Assembly: GCA_032718475.1 (NCBI GenBank)
Contig: JAUCBJ010002530.1
Coordinates: 1-32,602 of the forward strand
Reading direction: 5' to 3'
Origin: Nemertoderma westbladi
Taxonomy: Eukaryota > Animalia > Xenacoelomorpha
DNA length: 32,602 bases
Numbering within the stretch: the stretch's first letter is position 1; each line of letters starts with the position of its first letter. Below the pieces are notes generated by a model, which had not been told where the DNA came from, made no database searches, and saw only the letters and a list, made by a program, of their open reading frames with translations. Below, one piece after another: positions 23,189 to 32,470 of the stretch. The position numbers were made by a program, and so were the translations under genes.

Positions 23189-24227
23189 TATATGTAAATA
23201 TAAAAAGTAAATATATATAATCAAAACATAATTTTAAATTATTAATTAAACTTGGTTAAAATTAATTAATTTATATAAATTAATTGAAATGAATTATCTA
23301 ATATGGCTGAAAAAAAGACAAATGATATTAAAATTAATAATCAAAACACTATTTTGCTGATCATCAACTAAAATTAATTAGGATATCCATAAATCTAAAT
23401 GAATAAAATATTTTCCTATATACTTAGCCGTGTGTATCCAATATGTATGTAGAGTATTGTATGCATTGGCCATAGGCCGTAAGCGTAGGGTAGGATGTAG
23501 GGATTAGATAAGGTAGGCTTTCACCCCCCTCTCCCAATATCTCCATGTTGTAACATTGAGCTTCATGTGTGCCCTGAATGTCCTGTGCTCCTAACCAAAC
23601 ATTATTTTCAGATAACCACGGGTTTATGAAGTTTTTTTGCTCTTTATAACCACAGGTTAGTACGTTTTAACCGTGGGTTTTTCTTTTATAACCATAGGTT
23701 ATAAATAAATTGAAGCCTCAGATTATTAAAATTACCGCCAGTTTTCTCAAATAAAACCGCCACTTGACTGTTAATTAAACGGCGGTTTCGTAAAAATTGG
23801 TTTATTTGGTTGCCGTTTTACCTGTGGTTTTTTGAGAAAAACCGGCAGTTTTAAATAGTTGAAACGCCAGTTACCAGCAGTAAACCATAGGTTAATAAAT
23901 GCCGATTAAGTATTCGACCTGGAATTTGCGTTAAACCAGAACCTGAGGTTACAGAAACCGGCAGTTCCTTGCGATAAAAAATACCAGAGGTTTTACAACG
24001 CATTTTTAGGTTCTAAACAACTGGGGGTTATGGAACCGCCGGTTTTACGAGAGATAATCAACCCCCGGTTTGCACAACTGCCAGTTCTTGGTAATGTTTA
24101 TTTACCGCCGGTTTGTAAAAACAACCTGCGGTGGTTTTCGTTGCAAAACAACCCCAGGTAGTTCTTGCAAACCGGCAGTTTTTTAACAAAATACCACCAC
24201 TTACTTTTTTCAGTGTATCTAATTATT

Positions 24228-24304
24228 TGTTATGTTATGTTATGTTATGTTATGTTATGTTATGTTATGTTATGTTATGTTATGTTATGTTATGTTATGT
24301 TATT
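24228..24304. repeat. (TTATG)n microsatellite, about 15 units
   Basis: Seen directly, about 12 bp beyond the right TIR of the CACTG element. Confidence 0.95.
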
Positions 24305-25898
24305 GGTCTTAATTAAAAGTAAATTATTTGGTGGAAGACATGTGCATTTTGAAATTGTTTTTTTTCGTAAGGATTAGGGTGGTTATTAAAAATCGAAAAT
24401 ATGAATTTTTGATCGCTCAGGGTGTCAATTGGGTCCATTCCATGAGAAACCAAAAAAAATTGAGCATCATATCTCAATTTTTAGGGTGTGCTCGAGCACA
24501 TTGAGGTTTACAAATTTTAAGCGCGTTTTAAGCATTATTATTCAAATATCACTTTGTTCTTATGAAAATACACTTTTTCATACAATTGGACGATACTGAT
24601 TCCGAATCTGCTTTCGGATTTGCTATAGCCATAGACTTGCTATATGTCAGGTTCACTCGCTGTAACCAATTCAAGTTTAAGTAAAGCTGCGATAAGAATC
24701 AGTAAGGGGTGGTCCCAAAAAAAACTTTTGTCGAATTTCAACTCAGTTCGCACATCAGATGTCATCAAATGGGCCCAAACTTTGATAGATAGCAAAGTTT
24801 TGATTTGGGGATGACAGGAAATATTCCCACAGGCAGATGGCAAGTTCCCGCCCTTGGCGCAACTGCGTCATATAAATATTGTAATAGGAAAACCATCAGA
24901 TACATTCAATATTAATTTCCCAAATTATATAAAAATGGTGGCCCAAGTGCAACAGCAACAGCTATCGGACTACACCAATTGATACTATTAATAATATAAA
25001 TTAATTAATCGTATAATATTACAAAAATTTACATGGGAAAACAAAAAATATCCAAAGTAACAAATAATAGGGTACAGGTATGTTCTCATAGTGATTGGAG
25101 AAGTCCAATGTCTAAAATAAATCATAATATTATCTAAGTACAGCAATGAGCCAATAACACTTATCTACATTAAAGATAATGTCAAGAGGGCGGAAGTTAA
25201 GCAGAAAATCTACATAAATAAAACTTGGCAAATATCATAGGAATACCGTTTGTCAGAAAATAATTGAAGAGGTAAATTATATTGTGCGATAATTTTACGT
25301 GGCAAGAATGGTTTGAGAGGAGGAGGATGAATACAGACAATGTAAATATACAAAACTCACCATCAGCCTTACATAAACTTTATAAACACTCCCTTACATT
25401 AAAATATACCTTAACCTTCCTTACACCACAACCTTACATTAATTACAAGTTGAAAAAAAATGAAAATTTTTAAATAATATTGAGTTTTAAATAGAGATAT
25501 TTGTCGTTTAGGTTATTTAACTGCCCGTTAAGTTACTAGTAAAATTATATGAAGAAATACTAATGATTTCCCTATAGTAATAGTATAAATTACCTTAATT
25601 AAAATACATTGTGTAATTGTGAATGAGTTCAAACAGTTAATGGTTACATTTCATACTCACACACAATAATAAGTTGCTCCCTCTGTGTGTGGCAGCGCTT
25701 ACTCTCTATGGTATTACCTGTTACCCAGGCAATCCACAGACAATTCAGTCCCCAGTTACAGTATTGGGTCCAAGGTTCGTAAGCGGCCATAAGTGGCAAT
25801 AATTTAACCCCCTATGCTACTGAATATCGTGTTTGTTTTGGTTAGAATAACGAGCCATTCTAACATGCTCCTCTCCCTTAATCCACCTATTCGGACGT

Positions 25899-26039
25899 TA
25901 TTTAGTCTGGAACCCAACCAATATGTCTTCCAATACTAACGTATTTAGTCTGGAACCCAACCAATATGTCTTCCAATACTAACGTATTTAGTCTGGAATC
26001 CAACCAATATGTCTTCCAATACTAACGTATTTAGCCTGG
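25899..26039. repeat. 43-bp tandem repeat (about 3.3 copies) spanning the donor of ORP9 exon 3
   Basis: Unit GTATTTAGTCTGGAACCCAACCAATATGTCTTCCAATACTAAC. ACTAAC (GTTAGT on the minus strand) occurs at 25935, 25978 and 26021. Confidence 0.92.
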
Positions 26040-26103
26040 TTGTGTCGAAATATTGTCTCCTGTAAGGCTGTAACCCACCGCTCCATTTCTGCGTGATCTT
26101 GAG
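26027..26103 (-). CDS. OSBPL9: ORP9 coding exon 3 (C-terminal helix of the PH domain)
   Basis: Acceptor tttctacttccgcag. Encodes (A)QDHAEMERWVTALQETIFRHNQAKY, similar to recalled ORP9 [21 protein letters not shown]. Donor TAC|GTTAGT gives phase 0, matching exon 4. Confidence 0.87.
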
Positions 26104-26182
26104 CTGCGGAAGTAGAAATCAAAAGAAAAAATAATAAAATCTTTCTTTAAGTTACCTTGAATGGTTTACTACCAAAAAACTT

Positions 26183-26262
26183 CCCCTTGAAAGTGGGATT
26201 GAACGCGATGCGGTGGCGGTACCTATAGAGATTCCAAGTCCAACGCTTTATCAACTTCGCCA
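26183..26262 (-). pseudogene. Degenerate tRNA(Ser-like) sequence, probably a tRNA-derived SINE head or tRNA pseudogene
   Basis: Minus strand TGGCGAAGTTGATAAAGCGTTGGACTTGGAATC...CGCGTTCAATCCCAC resembles an A box, the anticodon arm of tRNA-Ser and a decayed B box. The stems do not pair well. Confidence 0.5.
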
Positions 26263-26757
26263 ATGCGCAGTGTGAAGCAGTAAATACTAGAGCCAGAGAT
26301 CAGGAACTGCTTATTTTTGTACTTACAATATTAATTATAACACCAACTGGTTCGTACGATCTGATAAACTTAAATACGATGGCTAATTTGGTGCTAATTT
26401 AGCGTAATAATTTTGCCTTCAATTAAATAGACATTTAATACCGTGATAGTCATTATTAAAAATAGAGTAAAAAAGGAAAAAACATCTACGTTTTGAATAT
26501 TATTAGAATTGTACAATATAATTATCTATTTTCAATTTGAAAAATCACTGATCTCTTGGGAAAACGTCTGTTTTCAATACCCGGGAACCAGAGACTCGAG
26601 ATCGGGGAGACCCGGGAACGAGATCCAGAGACCAAAAAACTGCCGGAGAATCCGAGATCATAAGTTTCAACTTTAGAGTACCGGTATCGGTACCCACCAT
26701 CTAAACTCTCTATTCAATCAACCATACGGATGATACTCATACCAGCCAGCTTCTCAC

Positions 26758-26887
26758 CTTGGAAGTGGAATGTTTTTTTATCTTTAGTGATTGTGAATGT
26801 AGAATCATCTTCATCATCTATTCCGAGTACAACGTCTTTTAAACGAATACACCCTCGTCTCGATCCTCTTCTGATAGCTTCTTTTGA
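26758..26887 (-). CDS. OSBPL9: ORP9 coding exon 2 (PH domain)
   Basis: Acceptor attttctcag and donor G|GTGAGA. Encodes [43 protein letters not shown], very close to recalled ORP9 [43 protein letters not shown]. Confidence 0.95.
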
Positions 26888-27640
26888 CTGAGAAAATAAT
26901 TACAAATTACAGTACCGGTGCATTATTTTAACAATAACATTAACATAGGCCCTGCCTGCAGCCCTCTAGAACTATTATTTTTATATATATATTCTTCAAA
27001 ACGAATAAAAGCAAAATTAATTACCGGGTATTTAATTATATAATTATTTTTATATTTATTAATTATGTAATTCAGTAATTAGGCCTTCGGGCCTTACACC
27101 TTATGGCAATAATGTGGGAAATTACATGACATTTTTGAGACACTTAGGGTAGTATCTCAATAAGGGTAGTAACATTTACAGTTACGTGACAGTTACATTA
27201 TACGTGACATTATACTGGCTTGTGGTCCGAGGACTGGGCAGCTGGGGTACTGGAATACTGCAAATGCAGAGAATTCAATGTAATTCAATGTTATTGTTTT
27301 GGTTCCCCCAACCAACACGCCTCTGTAACCAGCTCCTTTACTAACTCCTACTAACCTTTACTAACGAGCCCCCCGGTCCCCAAAGTGTCTGGTGGGAGCC
27401 CCCCGGTCCGGTCCCCAACCCAAAGTGTATGGAGTTGAACTCCTGGTCCTCGCATCTCGCATACACCAGGAGTTTGCCCGCTGAAGTGCTCTGGTGCGGT
27501 AGTACCAGAGTCTAGTCTCTCTCCAACATTTTCAGCAGTTCAGAGCTCTAGACTGCTATAATGCTATACGCTAATCTGGTGCCCCCTGCTGCACTGGAGC
27601 TATTGGTCGGGAACTAGTCACCGAGATGTCGAGGATAGGA

Positions 27641-28622
27641 TAGGGTAGACTGGGGTTGTATGGCCTTTTTTCACATTTTTTTAATCCCACCGGAGCACAG
27701 TTACATGAAACCATCATGGCCACCCCTGGCTGCTTGGGAAGAAACCTACACGTCTCAGCTACTGAGCTATATACTGATATATTAAACTTTTAAAACCCAG
27801 GGTAATTTTCAAATTCAGGTCCCCAGAGGCGGTTTTTTAAAAAAGAAACTGGGGTGGCCATACCACCCCAGGCAGCCAGGGCGGGGTGGTATGGCCACCA
27901 ATATTGTATATGAATTTTAAATGCCTTAGTGTTAGTACCCCTCTCAAGGGGTTGTATGGCCATTGGGTGATTTTAAAAAAAATCGCCATGAAATTCTGCC
28001 CTATAAACAGTCATTTGTTTTTCAAATATCAGACAATAAACAGATCTACAAGTTGATAGAAAATAACCTTCAAGAAATTTCAAAAGTTTTCATCACAGGT
28101 TTGAAAATCACCCGGTTTGTGCTTTTTTAAAAGTGATAGATAGAAAATCACCCGATTCTACAAAATTTGAGTTTTGCCCAAATATCCAACTTGTCATACT
28201 TGTTATTTTCATTATTTATTTATTTAGAAAGTAGTTTGTCGAAATTAGTATTATAAAAATAGCTGTTTTTGGACATAAAATCATTTAGCCGACAGGTAGG
28301 CCTACTGTACAGGAAGAAAACAATTACGATTAAAGCAATAATTAGGCCTAAAGCAATATTATAATTAAACCAGTACTGCAATATACTGCGCTGCACTGCT
28401 GCACTGTGGTAGAATATACCAGCTATCAGTACTGCACTGCAGTACCGCTATAGAGTTATATGTCATATGTGTAGTCAGTGTTTCACAAAATGTATAGCTG
28501 TATAGGTAAAGCAATATAATTAAAGTACAGTAGGCCAAGCAAATATTAATGGTCTGTCCCTGTCAGTTGTTATTGTCAGATTGTCTGATTGTGGCCATAC
28601 TGCCATACCGCCCCAATGTCTA
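27641..28622. mobile_element. Possible decayed TIR element (pogo/Tc1-like MITE)
   Basis: TAGGGTAGACTGGGGTTGTATGGCC at 27641 versus inverted GCCATACCGCCCCAATGTCTA ending at 28622. Internal GGGGTKGTATGGCC copies at about 27860-27960. No clean TSD. Confidence 0.35.
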
Positions 28623-29044
28623 AATTTGGAGGGGCAGAGGGGTGGTATCTGGGTATGGGCATGATTTTTTGAGGGTAAATAACCCATCGCCCATCAAAAA
28701 ATTAATGAAATCGAATAATGAAATTATTTATTAATTAGCCTAGAATTTAATAAACATACTACGGCAGTACGGCATACGGTACTATTCAACATCATTACAA
28801 TACTGCAATATGGGCATGGGCAAGCATTAACTTGTTCCAGAAGACGCATGTCAGCATGTTCTGATGTTAGTGTGTGTTACTCAAAATTCACAAAACCTAG
28901 GCCTAGATGTCGCACTATTTCATGAACTGAAACGTTAGTACAGTACTACATAGGCCTACCTACTACTACTGTAACAGTAGTAGTAGGTAGGCCTATGCTG
29001 CAAGGCCCTATTCTGCTATTGGCTGATTGGATAACCTAGGCCTA
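28297..29044. promoter_or_regulatory. Cluster of six TAGGCCTA palindromes in the intron after the first coding exon
   Basis: Perfect copies at 28297, 28343, 28898, 28951, 28988 and 29037. The regulatory role is inferred only. Confidence 0.4.
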
Positions 29045-29180
29045 CTCGTACAGTTGTTGTTGCACAGTCCAGCAGTCGTACCTCATCCCTGCTCATACTC
29101 CAGTAGGCTACTCCTGTACTCTATATTCTGCTATACCGGTCAGCGGATGACCGGCTGACCGTCAGCCGGTACTCACTCAC

Positions 29181-29303
29181 GGTAAAATAAGTCAACAATC
29201 CAGTGTTATCGTTCAAAACAAACCAACGATACTGCCAACCTTCTATCACGTTTGTCCATTTACTTAGTGAACCCTCCATATCGGATTTCCACTTGCCTTT
29301 CAT
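29181..29303 (-). CDS. OSBPL9: ORP9 first coding exon (start of the PH domain)
   Basis: [41 protein letters not shown] resembles recalled ORP9 [33 protein letters not shown]. Donor GTGAGT at 29180. An alternative ATG lies at 29279. An in-frame TGA directly precedes the first ATG, and an acceptor-like tctcgctttcag ends at 29311, suggesting an upstream non-coding exon. Confidence 0.95.
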
Positions 29304-29594
29304 TCAAAGCCTGAAAGCGAGATGCAGAGATACCAGTAGGCAGTAGACTGGTAGGCATATTCAGATATTGCTACATTCTGGTACTGTCTGACCGTCAGAC
29401 TGTACTAGACTGCTAAGTGTTAATGGCAAACTCAGATCCGATTCACATTGCCTTTAACAATCGGGATACCTCTCTACTGTCACTGTCTGGGGGTCTACTT
29501 CACACGAATGTATTTTGTATAGGGCCCTACTACTATTCTCCCCATAATGTGTTGCCCTTATCAAAAAATGACGTGTGGCTAAGTCACACGAATA

Positions 29595-29743
29595 GTTCCC
29601 AAAAGGCACTTTGGCATTCTGGCATTTTACAGGTACCTAAATAATTGCAACCAGCGTAAATGCCAAAATGCCAGAGTGCTTTTGGGGAACTGTAGAATGA
29701 TTCTAAACAGTTCCTCAAAGGCACTTTGGCATTCTGGCATTTA
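29595..29743. repeat. Three ~35-bp copies in +/-/+ orientation
   Basis: GTTCCCAAAAGGCACTTTGGCATTCTGGCATTT at 29595, an inverted copy at 29657-29691, and a direct copy at 29709-29743. Confidence 0.85.
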
Positions 29744-30460
29744 GTTGAAATTCATTATTCGCTGAGATCCGGGTAATGAATTTTATCTGTTTTTAAGAAC
29801 ACTTTACTGTATAATGTGTATATATATCTGCATAGTGTGTATGTATAATGTACTCATAACATGCAATAATCAGATAATACTGTAATATTTAATTGATAAA
29901 GTTTTACTTAGTTCTTGTATGTCAGTACAGTATTTTTGGTATATTTTTATTATATTAATTATTTTTTTTATTATTTATATCTGTATATTGTATTATACTA
30001 ATTTTGGTATATGGACTACAATTATTGTAGTTTCTCATAATCTAAATATCAATATCTTCGTAATAAATGCATGTGGTTGCCTAATATTTTGTGTATTCCT
30101 AAGGTTTCTACTTACCAACCTATGTATTGGATATTAAAATATTTCTACCAATCACAGCAGAGAAAATTGCAAGTTTCACTTACTTTGATATATGGACTAC
30201 ATTTGTAGTCAATTGAACTAAGGTTAATTCTAAGCTTATGTCGCTATGAGATTCTAATTATAACAGCATAATTTCTTTGTAACAAACATGATATAGCCTA
30301 CCCACCAGCCAGACAAGCAAAATAGGCAGCAATTGGCTGGTACTGAAGCATCAAAAAATAAATAATAAAATACGTTGATTCACCCCCTCTAGCCTATATC
30401 TACCAAATGTACGGAGCCCCTAAGGTGACATGAATAATAAAAAAAAATTCTAACACGAAC

Positions 30461-30809
30461 TTCGTCTTACTAACACGAACTTCGTCTTACTAACACGAAC
30501 TTCGTGTTACTAACACGAAGTACGTCTTACTAACACGAACTTCGTGTTACTAACACGAAGTACGTCTTACTAACACGAACTTCGTGTTACTAACACGAAC
30601 TTCGTCTTACTAACACGAAGTTCGTGTTACTAACACGAACGTCGTGTTACTAACACGAACTTCGTGTTACTAACACGAACTTCGTGTTACTAACACGAAC
30701 TTCGCCTTACTAACACGAACTTCGTCTTACTAACACGAACTTCGTCTTACTAACACGAACTTCGTCTTACTAACACGAACTTCGTCTTACTAACACGAAC
30801 TTCGTGTTA
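30461..30809. repeat. 20-bp palindromic tandem array (about 17 copies), left arm
   Basis: Unit TAACACGAACTTCGT(G/C)TTAC. Confidence 0.95.
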
Positions 30810-30919
30810 GGGAGGAGGGAAATTCAAATTTCTAGGGTATGGTATTATATTTCAATCATAGGTACCACTACTGCATCACTGGTCTACTGCACTATCTGAC
30901 TAGGACTGAAGACAGTTCA

Positions 30920-31057
30920 AATGAGTTTACTGTTGGACTGCCGAAGGTTAATACCTGCGCGATCGAGTTATCACTTCCTATTCTAGAAGATTATGAGATG
31001 TTTAATGAGCGATTGTCACGATGTATTAAAATGGTATCTACATTTACCACGGCGTAA
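30920..31057 (+). pseudogene. C-terminal remnant of a HECT-domain E3 ubiquitin ligase (G2E3-like)
   Basis: LPKVNTCAIELSLPILEDYEMFNERLSRCIKMVSTFTTA* fits the HECT C-lobe pattern LP.a.TC...L.LP...Y..f...L...I with the catalytic Cys (TGC 30956-30958) and Phe four residues from the C-terminus. Confidence 0.78.
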
Positions 31058-31293
31058 TAACATGACTGTATTACCTCATGACTTTATTATTAGATCGATA
31101 GAAATAAGGAACTGGAACTCCAACCATGTTTTTAACTTTCAGATAAATGATAATAAAGGAATATTTACTTGCAATATTACTGCAATATTATACTTATTAA
31201 ATACTTTATAATCATTAACTTAATTATAATTAATTATTATATTATAATTAATATAATAAGAATTAATTAATAATTATTATTATCTACTTTAAC

Positions 31294-31470
31294 TTATATA
31301 ATTTCGTTTATCTCTTTAATTAAGTTCAAGTACAGAGCAATTGCCTCAGAAGCATTTTTTGGCACAGTTAAACCGTTTTCCGACATTAATAAAAGACATA
31401 GATTATACACATCAATATCACAGGGCACAGTTTCGCGATAAGTTGCTTCTTCGATGCAAGTATACAGTAC
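31294..31470 (-). pseudogene. C-terminal remnant of an IS3EU-type DDE transposase
   Basis: CIEEATYRETVPCDIDVYNLCLLLMSENGLTVPKNASEAIALYLNLIKEI resembles the recalled C-terminal pattern C.EE......PCD..VF.LC..LM.EN....P.....A..LY..L of integrase-core proteins of this group. Confidence 0.6.
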
Positions 31471-31538
31471 AGTACTACCACTACCTACATGATTGGATTG
31501 CAATATACCACCCTAGTAATTTGAATTTCCCTCCTCCC

Positions 31539-31879
31539 TAACACGAACTTCGTGTTAGTAAGACGAAGTTCGTGTTAGTAAGTCGAAGTTCGTGTTAGTA
31601 AGACGAAGTTCGTGTTAGTAACACGAAGTTCATGTTAGTAACACGAACTTCGTGTTAGTAAGACGAAGTTCGTCTTACTAACACGAACTTCGTGTTAGTA
31701 AGACGAAGTTCGTCTTACTAACACGAACTTCGTGTTACTAACACGAACTTCGTCTTACTAACACGAAGTTCGTGTTACTAACACGAACTTCGTGTTACTA
31801 ACACGAACTTCGTCTTACTAACACGAACTTCGTGTTAGTAAGACGAAGTTCGTGTTAGTAACACGAAGTTCGTGTTAGA
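31539..31879. repeat. 20-bp palindromic tandem array (about 17 copies), right arm
   Basis: Unit TAAGACGAAGTTCGTGTTAG / TAACACGAACTTCGTGTTAC in mixed orientation. Confidence 0.95.
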
Positions 31880-31933
31880 ATTTTTTTTTATTTTTAATGT
31901 CCCCCTCAAATCCGTCCTCCGTACAAATGTGGG

Positions 31934-32059
31934 AGGGCTGACATTATAAAGTTTGTGCCTAAAGCGTTGATAAAACCGAAAAATGAGGACAGTTTTAATC
32001 TCTTTATAACTGAAGAAATGCGATATGTAATTTTGCGAGAAACAAATCGTAGAGGACAA
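31934..32059 (+). pseudogene. piggyBac (PGBD) transposase fragment
   Basis: RADIIKFVPKALIKPKNEDSFNLFITEEMRYVILRETNRRGQ fits the F.LF.T.EM...I...TN motif at the start of the piggyBac DDE_Tnp_1_7 region. The rest of the ORF is missing. Confidence 0.65.
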
Positions 32060-32449
32060 ATTGTCTACAATAAGACTATAAACGAAAGTGCAAGTATAAA
32101 AAAAATTCAGACCATTTTCCTTGTTAGAATTTATTTTTTGATTAGGTAGCTTAATCTAACAGTCTAACACAGTACCAGTAACTGTCTATCTTAAACTGCG
32201 AACTGAATTTTTACAGTGTACCAATGTTTAACTGCTTTGTCTTTATGATTTTATGACCTTGGGGGCCTAGCCACAAATAATATACATTAATTTGTACTTA
32301 TATATACTGCAGTTGGATTGATGGATATAATATTATTAATATCCATTTAATTTAAAAGGAGATGTAAAAGACTACAAATGTAGTCCATATATCAAAATAT
32401 AAAATTTGAGACCTGTATCAGAATTAGTGTTAATAAAAATATCAGATAA

Positions 32450-32470
32450 GGGGGGGGGGGGGGGGGGGGG
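32450..32470 (+). repeat. Poly-G tract (21 G)
   Basis: Seen directly. Confidence 0.8.

Larger units (their letters stand above)
20520..24215. mobile_element. Non-autonomous CACTG-ended (CMC-EnSpm/CACTA-like) DNA transposon
   Basis: Perfect 17-bp TIRs CACTGAAAAAAGTAAGT (20520-20536) and ACTTACTTTTTTCAGTG (24199-24215), flanked by TA on both sides. Subterminal regions are rich in AACCGGCGGTTT-like motifs. No transposase is present. Confidence 0.82.
30410..31923. mobile_element. Non-autonomous IS3EU-like DNA transposon with long repeat-containing inverted arms
   Basis: Termini TACGGAG...CTCCGTA with an exact 6-bp TSD CAAATG (30404-30409 and 31924-31929). Arms span about 30410-30845 and 31503-31923 and are inverted at both their outer and inner ends (TTAGGGAGGAGGGAAATTCAAATT / AATTTGAATTTCCCTCCTCCCTAA). 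TAY..RTA ends with a 6-bp TSD fit IS3EU as recalled. Confidence 0.85.
30184..32396 (+). mobile_element. piggyBac-derived relic interrupted by the IS3EU-like element
   Basis: Perfect 27-bp inverted repeat TTTGATATATGGACTACATTTGTAGTC (30184-30210 and 32370-32396), with a degenerate third copy at about 30003. It encloses a piggyBac-like peptide fragment. True TTAA-flanked ends were not found. Confidence 0.55.

Noticed and set aside
22076-23197. 373-aa and 235-aa repetitive ORFs
   Set aside because: Translations of the 39-bp satellite. The 41-bp variants upstream break the frame, and the array lies inside a non-autonomous transposon.
24373-24870. Possible hAT-like end (TAGGGTGG...)
   Set aside because: No matching inverted end or TSD found.
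26183-26262. Functional tRNA gene
   Set aside because: The acceptor and anticodon stems do not pair and the T-loop is altered, so it is kept only as a tRNA-derived relic.
29121-29180. C-terminal part of the 60-aa ORF (VSEYRLTVSRSSADRYSRI)
   Set aside because: Read-through into the intron. ORP9 similarity stops at the GTGAGT donor and resumes at 26887.
10312-31929. Similar target sites of two elements (CAAAATGTG and CAAATG)
   Set aside because: Different termini and TSD lengths indicate different superfamilies. The similarity is plausible by chance in AT-rich DNA.
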